The notes under the pieces: generated by a model
What the model saw: only the letters and a program-made list of their open reading frames with translations
What the model was told of the DNA's origin: nothing
Databases searched by the model: none
Program-made: the position numbers and the translations under genes
Shown here: piece by piece, positions 29,115 through 39,503 of the stretch
How the letters are laid out: each line of letters starts with the position of its first letter
Numbering within the stretch: the first letter of the stretch is position 1
From: a bacterium
GTDB lineage: Bacteria > Krumholzibacteriota > Krumholzibacteriia > LZORAL124-64-63
Reading direction: 5' to 3'
NCBI GenBank assembly: GCA_014730255.1
Contig: WJIQ01000136.1
Coordinates: forward strand, 1-64,000
Length of the DNA: 64,000 nucleotides

Positions 29115-30156
29115 CGCGGGTCTCCTCGGAGCGGGTGGACGGCCGGTGACGGACGAGGTCGTTCAGGCGCGCCTGGAGTTCACGGCCGGTACCCGCCAGG
29201 CGTGACGAGGATTCGCGGGCGGACAGTGCGGCTCGCCCGCGGTCGCGATCCTCGTGCGAGGCGAGGAACTCGCGGGCGAACCGTCCGTCCTCGATCTCGT
29301 CGAGGATCTCGGCCATGCGCGCGCGCACGGTGCCGTCGATCAGGCGCGGTCCGCGCGTCAGGCCGCCGTAGGCCGCGGTCGGGCTGATCCGCGCTCGCAT
29401 GCCGTCGACACCGTACCGGTGGACGAGGTCGGTGATCAACTCGAGTTCGTGCACGCACTCGAAGTAGGCGTTGGTCGCGTCGTAGCCGCGATCGGTGAGC
29501 GTGTCGAACGCCGCCTGCAGCAGCTCGATCACGCCGCCGCACAGGACCGCCTGCTCGCCGAACTGATCGGACACGCACTCTTCCCTGAACGTGGTCGGCC
29601 AGCCGCCGCCGCGCAGGCAGCCGACCGCCCGGGCGTACGCGGCGCAGAGGGGCCAGGTTTCCGGCGGCGACTCGGGCGTGACCGCGAGCAGGCCCGGCGC
29701 CCCGCCGCCGGCCTCGTACGCCGAGCGCAGCATGTCCCCCTGGCTCTTGGGCGCGACGAGGAAGCAGCCCCGGTCCCCGGGATCGATCTGGTCGAACGCC
29801 ACGGCGAATCCGTGCGCGAAGCCCAGCATCGCGCCCGCTCCCAGATGGGGGCCGACCTCCGCGGCGAACACCGTGGCCATCGCCTCGTCCGGCAGCATGA
29901 GCATGACGACATCGGATGCGGCCGTCGCCGCGGCGACCGTTCGGACCTCCAGGCCCGCCCTGGCGGCCACCTCCCGGCGCGGGGAGCCCTCGCGGAGCCC
30001 CACGATGACGGCGATGCCGCTGTCGCGCAGATTCAGCGCGTGGGCACGGCCCATGGTGCCGTATCCGATCATCGCGACCGTCTGCGCGTGAAGTGGCGCG
30101 AGGCTGACCGCCCGTTCCTCGAGCGGCCGGCGTGGGTCCGGTGGCCAGGTGATCAT
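29107..30156 (-). CDS. ilvC: ketol-acid reductoisomerase
   Basis: Start MITWPPDP within ORF 29107..30234; Rossmann VAMIGYGTMGRAHALNLRDSG; C-terminal IlvC helical domain. Confidence 0.85.
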   Translation of the reverse strand: MITWPPDPRRPLEERAVSLAPLHAQTVAMIGYGTMGRAHALNLRDSGIAVIVGLREGSPRREVAARAGLEVRTVAAATAASDVVMLMLPDEAMATVFAAEVGPHLGAGAMLGFAHGFAVAFDQIDPGDRGCFLVAPKSQGDMLRSAYEAGGGAPGLLAVTPESPPETWPLCAAYARAVGCLRGGGWPTTFREECVSDQFGEQAVLCGGVIELLQAAFDTLTDRGYDATNAYFECVHELELITDLVHRYGVDGMRARISPTAAYGGLTRGPRLIDGTVRARMAEILDEIEDGRFAREFLASHEDRDRGRAALSARESSSRLAGTGRELQARLNDLVRHRPSTRSEETRDE

Positions 30157-30305
30157 GGCGGGCACCTCCGGTTCCGGCCGGACGCGCACTCGCCCGGCAC
30201 CGCGCACGTTAGGGCGCCGCGGGTGCCTTGACAAGAACCATGCGACCGCCTAGATTGCCGCTCTGCCCAGAACCGGGCGGCGGGACGAGTCCGCCCCGAT
30301 CGGGT

Positions 30306-30382
30306 GGCGCCTTAGCTCAGTTGGTTAGAGCAGCGGAATCATAATCCGCGTGTCCGGGGTTCGAATCCCTGAGGCGCCACCA
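30306..30382 (+). tRNA. tRNA with CAU anticodon (probably tRNA-Ile2/lysidine, alternatively elongator tRNA-Met)
   Basis: GGCGCCT-TA-GCTC-AGTTGGTTA-GAGC-A-GCGGA-AUCAUAA-TCCGC-GTGTC-CGGGG-TTCGAAT-CCCTG-AGGCGCC-A-CCA cloverleaf; immediately upstream of tilS. Confidence 0.85.
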
Positions 30383-30392
30383 GCCATTCCTC

Positions 30393-30416
30393 CAGCCGCC
30401 GCGGCGGCTTTTTTTG
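30393..30416 (+). terminator. intrinsic terminator after tRNA
   Basis: GC hairpin agccgccgcggcggct followed by TTTTTTT. Confidence 0.6.
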
Positions 30417-30490
30417 TGCCCCCGAGAGACGCGCGATCCCGGGGAGGCAGGCGATCCGGAAAGGCACGCGACCATGAGGGCCGGCCGATC

Positions 30491-31897
30491 ATGACGCCCA
30501 CGTTCGCGAGCGACGTCGCCGCGGAGCTCGAACGGCTCCACGCCGCGGTGGTGGCCGCGTACGGCGAGCCCGCCGATCGCAGCGGCGTGGTGATCGCGCT
30601 CTCGGGCGGACCCGACTCGGTCGCGCTGCTCGATGTCGCCCGACGCTGGGCCGCGGACACCGGGCGTCGGATCGTCGCCGCGCACTTCGACCACCAGCTC
30701 CGGGGCACGGGTGCCGACGCCGACGAGGCTTTCTGCCGCCAGCTCTGCGCCGACCTCGGTGTCGAGCTGGACGTCGAACGCGGCGACGTCCGTGGCCTCG
30801 CGCGTCAGCGTGGCCGTGGTCTCGAGGACGCCGGGCGTCAGCTTCGCGACGCCTTCCTCGAGCGGGTGCGCCGGCAGCGGACGCTGGCCGCCGTGGCCAC
30901 CGGCCACCATCGCGACGACCAGGTCGAGACCGTCCTGCTGCGCGTGTTCCGCGGCACGGGGCTGGACGGCCTGCGGGGCATCCGACCCTGGCAGGGCCGC
31001 CGCATCCATCCGCTGCTCGCATGGCCGCGCCCGGCCATCCTCGATCACCTCGTCGCCCACGGGTACACCTGGCGCGAGGACGCCACGAACCGGGACGGCA
31101 GCAACCGGCGAGGTCGCGTGCGCCACGAGCTGATGCCGCTGGTGCGGGACATCTTCGGTCCCGGCAGCGGCGAGGCCATCGCCCGCCTGGCCGACCTCGC
31201 CGAGACCGACCTGGCCTACCTCGACGAACGCACCGAGGCGGCCTGGGAAGCGGTCCTGACCGAGGCGCCCGAGGGGCTGTGCGCCCCGGCCCTGTCCACG
31301 CGGGCGATGGCCGCCCTGCCGGCGGCCATCGCCGGTCGCGTGCTGCGTCGCTGGCTCGCCCCCCACGTGCCGGAGGACCTGGCGCAGGTCCACGTCGAGG
31401 CGATCCTGCGCTGGCTCGGGGCCGGCCAGTCGGGCAGTGGCCTCGATCTACCCGGCCCGGTGCGCATCGAGCGGGTCTTCGACGCCATCGGGCTCGCGGC
31501 CGACGCGCCCCTGGCCGCGGCGGTCGAGGACTGGCGCGTGACGGTCGCCCCTCTGCCGGAGATCCCCGACCCGGTCCCCGGCCCCCGTCGCGAGGTCGAC
31601 GGCTGGCGGATGGTGTGCGCGGCCGAGGCCCTGTCCGGGTCGCTCCGCCTCAGACACCCCCGGCAGGGTGATCGCCTGGAACCCTTCGGGCTCGGCGGGA
31701 GTAAAAAGGTCAGCGATCTTTGCCGGGAGCAGCGCATCCCGGCGGCCACCCGCTCGCAGCTGCTCGTCGTCGAGGACGCCACCGGGCCGCTCTGGATCCC
31801 CGGGGTGGCCCAGGACGAGCGGACGCGCGTGTTGCCGACCACCCGACAGGCCGTTACCATCTTCGTGAACCGGCGGCACCGCGAATCGGGCCGCTGA
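30491..31897 (+). CDS. tilS: tRNA(Ile)-lysidine synthetase
   Basis: Start MTPTFASDV within ORF 30350..31897; PP-loop ALSGGPDSVALL; TilS substrate-binding C-terminal domain. Confidence 0.85.
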   Translation: MTPTFASDVAAELERLHAAVVAAYGEPADRSGVVIALSGGPDSVALLDVARRWAADTGRRIVAAHFDHQLRGTGADADEAFCRQLCADLGVELDVERGDVRGLARQRGRGLEDAGRQLRDAFLERVRRQRTLAAVATGHHRDDQVETVLLRVFRGTGLDGLRGIRPWQGRRIHPLLAWPRPAILDHLVAHGYTWREDATNRDGSNRRGRVRHELMPLVRDIFGPGSGEAIARLADLAETDLAYLDERTEAAWEAVLTEAPEGLCAPALSTRAMAALPAAIAGRVLRRWLAPHVPEDLAQVHVEAILRWLGAGQSGSGLDLPGPVRIERVFDAIGLAADAPLAAAVEDWRVTVAPLPEIPDPVPGPRREVDGWRMVCAAEALSGSLRLRHPRQGDRLEPFGLGGSKKVSDLCREQRIPAATRSQLLVVEDATGPLWIPGVAQDERTRVLPTTRQAVTIFVNRRHRESGR

Positions 31898-31965
31898 GTT
31901 CGTGTCCAGACGGTCCGTTCGCCGCCGGCGGGGCCGTCTGACCCTGGCATCTCGAAAGGACCTCG

Positions 31966-34118
<2,153 letters not shown>

Positions 34119-34122
<4 letters not shown>

Positions 34123-35045
34123 GCGGCAACCGGGACGATCGCGCCAGGCGCCGCTCGCCGTACCCGATCTCCGGCTGGGACCTGGGCCGGCTGAGGCTGC
34201 ACGCCCCGGCCCGGCCCCTGGTCATGGGCATCCTCAACGTGACCCCCGACAGCTTCTATCCGGGCTCGCGCCGGCCCGAACCGGACGCGGCCGTCGACCA
34301 GGCGCTGGCCATGATCGCCGCGGGCGCCGAGCTGCTCGACATGGGCGCCGAGAGCACGCGCCCCGGGGCCGAGCCGGTGCCCGATGCGCAGGAGCAGGAC
34401 CGCCTGCTCCCCGTGCTCGAGGGTCTGCGCGGCCAGACGGACGTGCCGCTGAGCGTGGACACCCGGCGGGCGTCCACGGCCGGGCTGGCGATCGAGGCGG
34501 GCGCCGACGTGATCAACGACATCGGCGCCGGCCGCGATCCCGGGATGCTGCCGCTGCTCGGCCGCTCGCGGGCCGGCGTGGTCCTGATGCACATGCAGGG
34601 CGAGCCTGACTCCATGCAGCGCGATCCCCGGTACGACGACCCCGTGGCCGAGGTCCGCGACTGGCTCGAGGACCGGGTCACCGCGGCGGTGGCCGCGGGC
34701 GTCGACGAGAACCGCGTGCTGGTCGACCCGGGCCTGGGCTTCGGCAAGCTGCTGCCGCACAACCTCGCCCTGCTCGCCGACCTGCGTCGCGTGGCCGCGG
34801 GGCGCCGGCTGCTGGTGGGCGCCTCGCGCAAGAGCTTCGTCGGCGCGATCACCGGCGCCGGCGTCGATGATCGGCTACCCGGCAGCCTGGCCGCCCTGGC
34901 GGCCGCCCACGCCGCCGGAGCGATGGTCGTGCGCGTGCACGACGTGGCCGCCTCGGTCCAGTTCCTCGACGTGCTGGCGGCGATCGCCGAGGCCGGCGAC
35001 GACGAGGCGGACGAGTCCGTCGTTGAGCAGCCACCGGGCCCGTGA
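34119..35045 (+). CDS. folP: dihydropteroate synthase
   Basis: GILNVTPDSFYPGS, DMGAESTRPGA and VLMHMQG pterin-binding motifs; ATGA overlap with ftsH stop. Confidence 0.9.
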
Positions 35046-35138
35046 TACCGTCTCGACGTCGCGCGCGTATGGGGTGACCCCCGCGACGGCACGCCACCTC
35101 GATCCGGCACGACCCTCGACCAGCGGCGGGAAGCCTCC

Positions 35139-35933
35139 ATGTGGGAAGCCATCTCCCAGAGCCCCATCATCGACGTCCTCGACGTCATCATCGTCGCCTG
35201 GCTGCTCTACCGGCTGCTGCGCCTGGTGCGCAACACGCGGGCGGTGCAGATGGTGGCCGGCCTGGCCATCCTGCTCGTCCTGAGCTTCGTGGCCAGCAGC
35301 CTCGGCATGATCGTCGTCGGCCGGATCATCACCTCGCTGCAGACGGTCTGGGTGGTGGCCTTCATCATCCTCTTCCAGCCGGAGCTGCGCTCAGCCCTGG
35401 CCAACCTGGGCATGCAGCAGCGGCTGAGCTTCCTGCAGGGCAAGGCCGACGAGCTGCCCGCCGAGACCGAGATTCTCAAGGCGGTCGAACGGCTCAGCCG
35501 GCGCGGCCTCGGTGCGCTGATCGTGCTCGAGCGCGAGGTCGGCCTCGACCGCTGGGTCAAGACGGGCACCGAGCTGAACGCCTCCATCAACGCCGCGCTC
35601 CTGGAGACCATCTTCACCGTGCCGGCGCCGCTGCACGACGGCGCGGTCATCATCCGCGACGACAAGATCGCCGCGGCCGGCTGCACCCTGCCGCCGACCG
35701 AGAGCGAGCGCATCGGCTACGTGCTCGGCCTGCGCCATCGCGCGGCCATCGGCCTGAGCGAGATGTCCGACGCGATCGTGATCGTGGTCAGCGAGGAGAC
35801 CCGGGCCATCTCCCTCGTTCATGGCGGCGAGATCAAGCGCGGCCTGAGCCTCGAGGACCTGCGCACCGAGATCGGTCGCGTCCTCTACGCCGGCGAGCAG
35901 CGCAAGCCCGCCGCCGAGCCCGCCAAGACCTGA
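35139..35933 (+). CDS. cdaA: diadenylate cyclase (c-di-AMP synthase), membrane-anchored CdaA type
   Basis: Three N-terminal TM; DAC domain DGAVIIRDDKIAAAGCTLP and LGLRHRAAIGLSEMSDAIVIVVSEETRAISL. Confidence 0.85.
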   Translation: MWEAISQSPIIDVLDVIIVAWLLYRLLRLVRNTRAVQMVAGLAILLVLSFVASSLGMIVVGRIITSLQTVWVVAFIILFQPELRSALANLGMQQRLSFLQGKADELPAETEILKAVERLSRRGLGALIVLEREVGLDRWVKTGTELNASINAALLETIFTVPAPLHDGAVIIRDDKIAAAGCTLPPTESERIGYVLGLRHRAAIGLSEMSDAIVIVVSEETRAISLVHGGEIKRGLSLEDLRTEIGRVLYAGEQRKPAAEPAKT

Positions 35934-36199
35934 CCCGGCAGGAGGGTCGCCGGCTGGCGGCGTGGCGACCGGACCGGCCGGCGACCCTTCCGGCCCCCGG
36001 TCGCGACCTCCCATTCCGCGACCGGGGACCGTCCGCGACGTCGCAAGCCCCCGGCCCGTCCAAGCCGCAGATGAAGATCGGCCGGAATGCGCCACGGATC
36101 CCCTGATCGAGCCGTGCCCGGACCGCCACCCCGACCACGCCGACCGAGACGCACCGTCGCGTCGCGGCGACACGTCGGGCCGTCGTGACAACGGGCGGA

Positions 36200-38230
36200 T
36201 CAGCTGGCGAGGGAGGTCAGGAGCGAGGATCGCGCGGGCTCGCGCGAGAGGGCCTTGACGAAGATCTCGACCAGGTCCGGATCCAGAGAGCGGCCAGCCT
36301 CCTGCTGCAGGGCGGCGACCGCCTGGTCGGCGTCGTCCCGGTGCATGACCAGGGCGAAGTGCTGGGCGATGGCCACCAGCCGGGCGACCAGGGGGATGTC
36401 GCGGCCGGACATACCGAGCGGGAAGCCCCGTCCGTCGAACCGCTCGTGGTGATGCCGGACGGCGTCGCGGACCGCGCTGGGCGCATCGAGCTCGGCCATG
36501 CGCTGGTCGCCGACGTCCGGGTGCGCGCGGAACGCCTCCCAGACCTCGCCGGTCAGCTGGTCGCTGGCCAGATCGTCCACGTCGTTCTGGTCCTGCCCCA
36601 CGTTGCGGACCAGGGCGCCGAGGACGAGATCGCGTTCCTGATCGGGCGGCAGCCCCAGCTCGCGGGCCAGCAGCCGCACCGCGCGGGCGGTCTCCTGGGT
36701 GACCGCGTGCGCCTCGGTCTCGGCCTCGCCGACCAGGAGCGACTCGAGCAGGCCGAGGCTCATGTTCGCCCGCTGCTGCCCGTCCCGCAGGCGCAGCAAC
36801 GCCTCGGCGGTGATCTCGACCAGCTCGTGGATCTCCTCGCCGGGCTCGTTCGGCGGCCCGTGCCAGTCGAGCCCCAGGGCGACCACACCGAGCGTCTGCT
36901 CTTCCTGCCGCAGGACGGCGAGCCAGCCGAGCTCGCGTTCCAGCAGCTCGTCGCGGACCGCGGCGAAGCTCGCCGGCATGTTCTCGATCTCGACCGGACG
37001 CTCGAGGGTACGGAAGAACGTCTCGATGCGCTCTCCCGACAGATCGACCGGTTGATCGCTGCGCCGCGCGGCGCCGGCGGCGAACGCCGGCAGCCCTGAC
37101 GCGCCGGGATCGACGAACAGCAGGCTGGTGACCTCGGCCGCCGCGCGCAGGCGCGAGATGAAGACCTGCCAGAAATGGGGCAGGTCCTGCGCGTCCTGGA
37201 GCCCGCGCGCCAGCTCGAGCTTGACCGCGAGCAACGTCTCGCGGTCCCGGCTCACCGTCGCGGCGGCCTCGCGCGCCGCCGCATCGGCGGCGGCCACATC
37301 CTCGGCGTCGGGCACCTGATCCATCAGGCGCTGCAGCATCTCCAGCGCGAAGACCTCGGGCAGCAGGTAGTCGTGATCGTCGCCCGCACGCTTGAGGAAC
37401 ACGACGCCGGCCAGGTCCTCGTGGCGCAGGAGCGGCATCAGGAGATCCGGACGCAGGTCCTCCAGGAGCTGCGACTCCTCGTCCCAGAGCCGGCCGTTCT
37501 CGATGTCGAGCATCGTCAGGGGTCGGCGGATCTCAAGGAGCGTCTCGGCGATGCCGCCGCGCTGTGGCACCCGCCACGCCCCGTCCGGCGAGACGAAGTG
37601 CTCCCCTTCGGCCAGGCAGCAGATCGTCTCGCCAGCGAGGTCGTGCGCGTCGAGCATCACCCCGAGCGCCTCGCCGAAGGCGGCATGATTGCCGCCCTCG
37701 GCCACGGCGCTCAGGACGTCGTCGAGCGAGACGTAGACCGCGGTCACCAGGTCGGCGGTCCGTCGTTCCTTGTCCGAGGAGAGGTTGGCGTCGTCGACCT
37801 CGTAGTCGTCGAGGAGGTCGTCGAGCGCCGCCTCCCCGCCGGCGTGTTTCTTCGCGCTCGAGCCACCGGAGGCCCCGACCGCGCTCCCGAACACCACCCG
37901 GGCCTCGTTGAGTGAATCCAGGCAGCGTAGCGGCAGGTCGCCGAACTTCTGGGCCAGGAACCTCTGCATCACCGGTCCGACGCCGACGAAGACGACCTCG
38001 CCGCCGCGACCGGTCAGGTCCTTCTGCAGATCGGCCAGCACGCCGGCGCCGCGACCGCCCAGGCTGTCCAGATCGGAGCAGTCCAGCAGCAGTCGCAGCT
38101 TTTCGCGCTCGAGGCACTTCTTGGCGAGATCCAGCAGTTTCTGACGATCACCGCGGCCGAACGCCCCGTGCACCCGGATCCCGAAGACGTCCGTCCCCGG
38201 GAGCTCCAGCGGTTCGAAGCGGATGGGCAC
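36200..38230 (-). CDS. STAS domain - GAF - degenerate HD-GYP domain signalling protein
   Basis: 676 aa; N-terminal STAS-like (VHGAFGRGDRQKLLDLAKKCL...LLLDCSDLDSL); GAF regions; C-terminal HHHERFDGRGFPLG but LLHDIGK position reads LVRNVGQ and upstream His is Glu. Confidence 0.75.
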   Translation of the reverse strand: MPIRFEPLELPGTDVFGIRVHGAFGRGDRQKLLDLAKKCLEREKLRLLLDCSDLDSLGGRGAGVLADLQKDLTGRGGEVVFVGVGPVMQRFLAQKFGDLPLRCLDSLNEARVVFGSAVGASGGSSAKKHAGGEAALDDLLDDYEVDDANLSSDKERRTADLVTAVYVSLDDVLSAVAEGGNHAAFGEALGVMLDAHDLAGETICCLAEGEHFVSPDGAWRVPQRGGIAETLLEIRRPLTMLDIENGRLWDEESQLLEDLRPDLLMPLLRHEDLAGVVFLKRAGDDHDYLLPEVFALEMLQRLMDQVPDAEDVAAADAAAREAAATVSRDRETLLAVKLELARGLQDAQDLPHFWQVFISRLRAAAEVTSLLFVDPGASGLPAFAAGAARRSDQPVDLSGERIETFFRTLERPVEIENMPASFAAVRDELLERELGWLAVLRQEEQTLGVVALGLDWHGPPNEPGEEIHELVEITAEALLRLRDGQQRANMSLGLLESLLVGEAETEAHAVTQETARAVRLLARELGLPPDQERDLVLGALVRNVGQDQNDVDDLASDQLTGEVWEAFRAHPDVGDQRMAELDAPSAVRDAVRHHHERFDGRGFPLGMSGRDIPLVARLVAIAQHFALVMHRDDADQAVAALQQEAGRSLDPDLVEIFVKALSREPARSSLLTSLAS

Positions 38231-38245
38231 GTCGACGACTCCCGA

Positions 38246-38464
38246 TCAGACCATCGTCTCGGCCAGCCACTTGTCCAGGACGCTGCGGAGGAAGCGCCAC
38301 TCGCTGCCGACCTTCTTGGCCGGGATCTTCCCCTCCTTGGCCAGCCGGCAGACGGTCTTGACGTGCATCTTGAGGTAATCGGCCGCCTCGACGGACGTCA
38401 TCACCTGGTTGGTCGACTCCTCGGCGCCGATGTAGATGCTGGGACGGTCCTTCTGGTCGAGCAT
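38246..38464 (-). CDS. small helix-turn-helix DNA-binding protein (excisionase/MerR-like HTH_17 family)
   Basis: 72 aa; MTSVEAADYLKMHVKTVCRLAKEGKIPAKKVGSEWRF; 13 bp upstream of the STAS-GAF-HD-GYP gene. Confidence 0.6.
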   Translation of the reverse strand: MLDQKDRPSIYIGAEESTNQVMTSVEAADYLKMHVKTVCRLAKEGKIPAKKVGSEWRFLRSVLDKWLAETMV

Positions 38465-38699
38465 GACCTGAACTCCCGGATCGTGCTTGCAAAGCAGTCA
38501 CAGTGCCACCTGTGTAGACCCTCTGGCAGCAACTCCCGTGCCGCGGGGCGGCACGCCCGGGGCGCTCCCTGAACACGAGGATACGACCATTCGAGGCGGT
38601 CCTAGGAACGCGAACGGCCCCTCGCGGCCCGCCGGGGCATTGCAATAAGCAAGCGGGAAGAATGAGGAACCGGGCGAGATGTCGAGGCGCGCTGGAACG

Positions 38700-39503
38700 T
38701 CAGGCGCCGAGCGCAGAGAGCAGGTCCCGCGTCCGGTAGGGGGGGGCCCAGATGCCGGGACGGGCGGAGCCCGCCGGTCGTGCGCCCTGGACCACGACCA
38801 GCGGTGGCGCGTCGTCCGGCAGCAGCCGGCACAGCTGGCGGTGGTGGCGCGTCGGCGCCGCGTCGTCGCAGACCACGAGATCGGGACGGGCGGCCCGCAG
38901 ACGCTCGACGAGGCTGGGCGCGTCGGCCGGCGAGACCACGCGCGCGCCGGCCTGCTCCAGCCGACGGGTCAGCGCCGCGCGGCGGACCTCGCCGGCCACG
39001 AGCAGCCAGACCTCGCGCAGGGCCCGGGTCGGGGGGTCCTTCCCGGGTGGCGTCGGCCCGGCCGTCGGTGGCGTGGTCGAGGGCGCCTCCGGTCCGCCCC
39101 AGAGCCCATCGGCGACGCGGCGGACGCGGGCCCACAGCGGCGCCACGTCCTCGGCCGGCGCGCGGTCCCAGGCGCGTGCCATGTCCTCGGTCGCGGTCAT
39201 GAGTTCCTCGAGCTGGGCCTGGATCCGGGGATCGCCGATCGGGTCGGGAAGCGCGCCCAGCGTCGCGGCCAGGTCCTCGAGGGCCGCCGCGGCCGCCGTG
39301 GCGCCCCGGTCGGCATGCTGGCCGAGCGCGGCGGCGAGCAGACGCAGCGCCAGGGCGGACCGGCCGGCCGGCCCCAGAGGGCCGGGCTCCCGCGGCACGT
39401 CGGCGCCGCGCCCGGGGGCATCGACGAAGCGGCGGAGCCGCTTGCGCAACTCCGCCACCAGGTCCGCCAGACTTGCCTCGGACAGCGTCATCGGGTCGAT
39501 CAA
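38700..39503 (-). CDS. hypothetical protein with C-terminal pseudo-receiver domain
   Basis: 267 aa; helical N-terminus; C-terminal VWLLVAGE...PDLVVCDDAAP...LVVVQG resembles REC fold lacking the N-terminal acidic pair; 4-bp overlap with upstream gene. Confidence 0.5.
   Translation of the reverse strand: MIDPMTLSEASLADLVAELRKRLRRFVDAPGRGADVPREPGPLGPAGRSALALRLLAAALGQHADRGATAAAAALEDLAATLGALPDPIGDPRIQAQLEELMTATEDMARAWDRAPAEDVAPLWARVRRVADGLWGGPEAPSTTPPTAGPTPPGKDPPTRALREVWLLVAGEVRRAALTRRLEQAGARVVSPADAPSLVERLRAARPDLVVCDDAAPTRHHRQLCRLLPDDAPPLVVVQGARPAGSARPGIWAPPYRTRDLLSALGA

Noticed and set aside
38246-38464. Excisionase-family HTH as a marker of an integrated mobile element
   Set aside because: No integrase, transposase, att-like repeats or tRNA target nearby. 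The gene sits inside a signalling operon, so it is more likely a small regulator.
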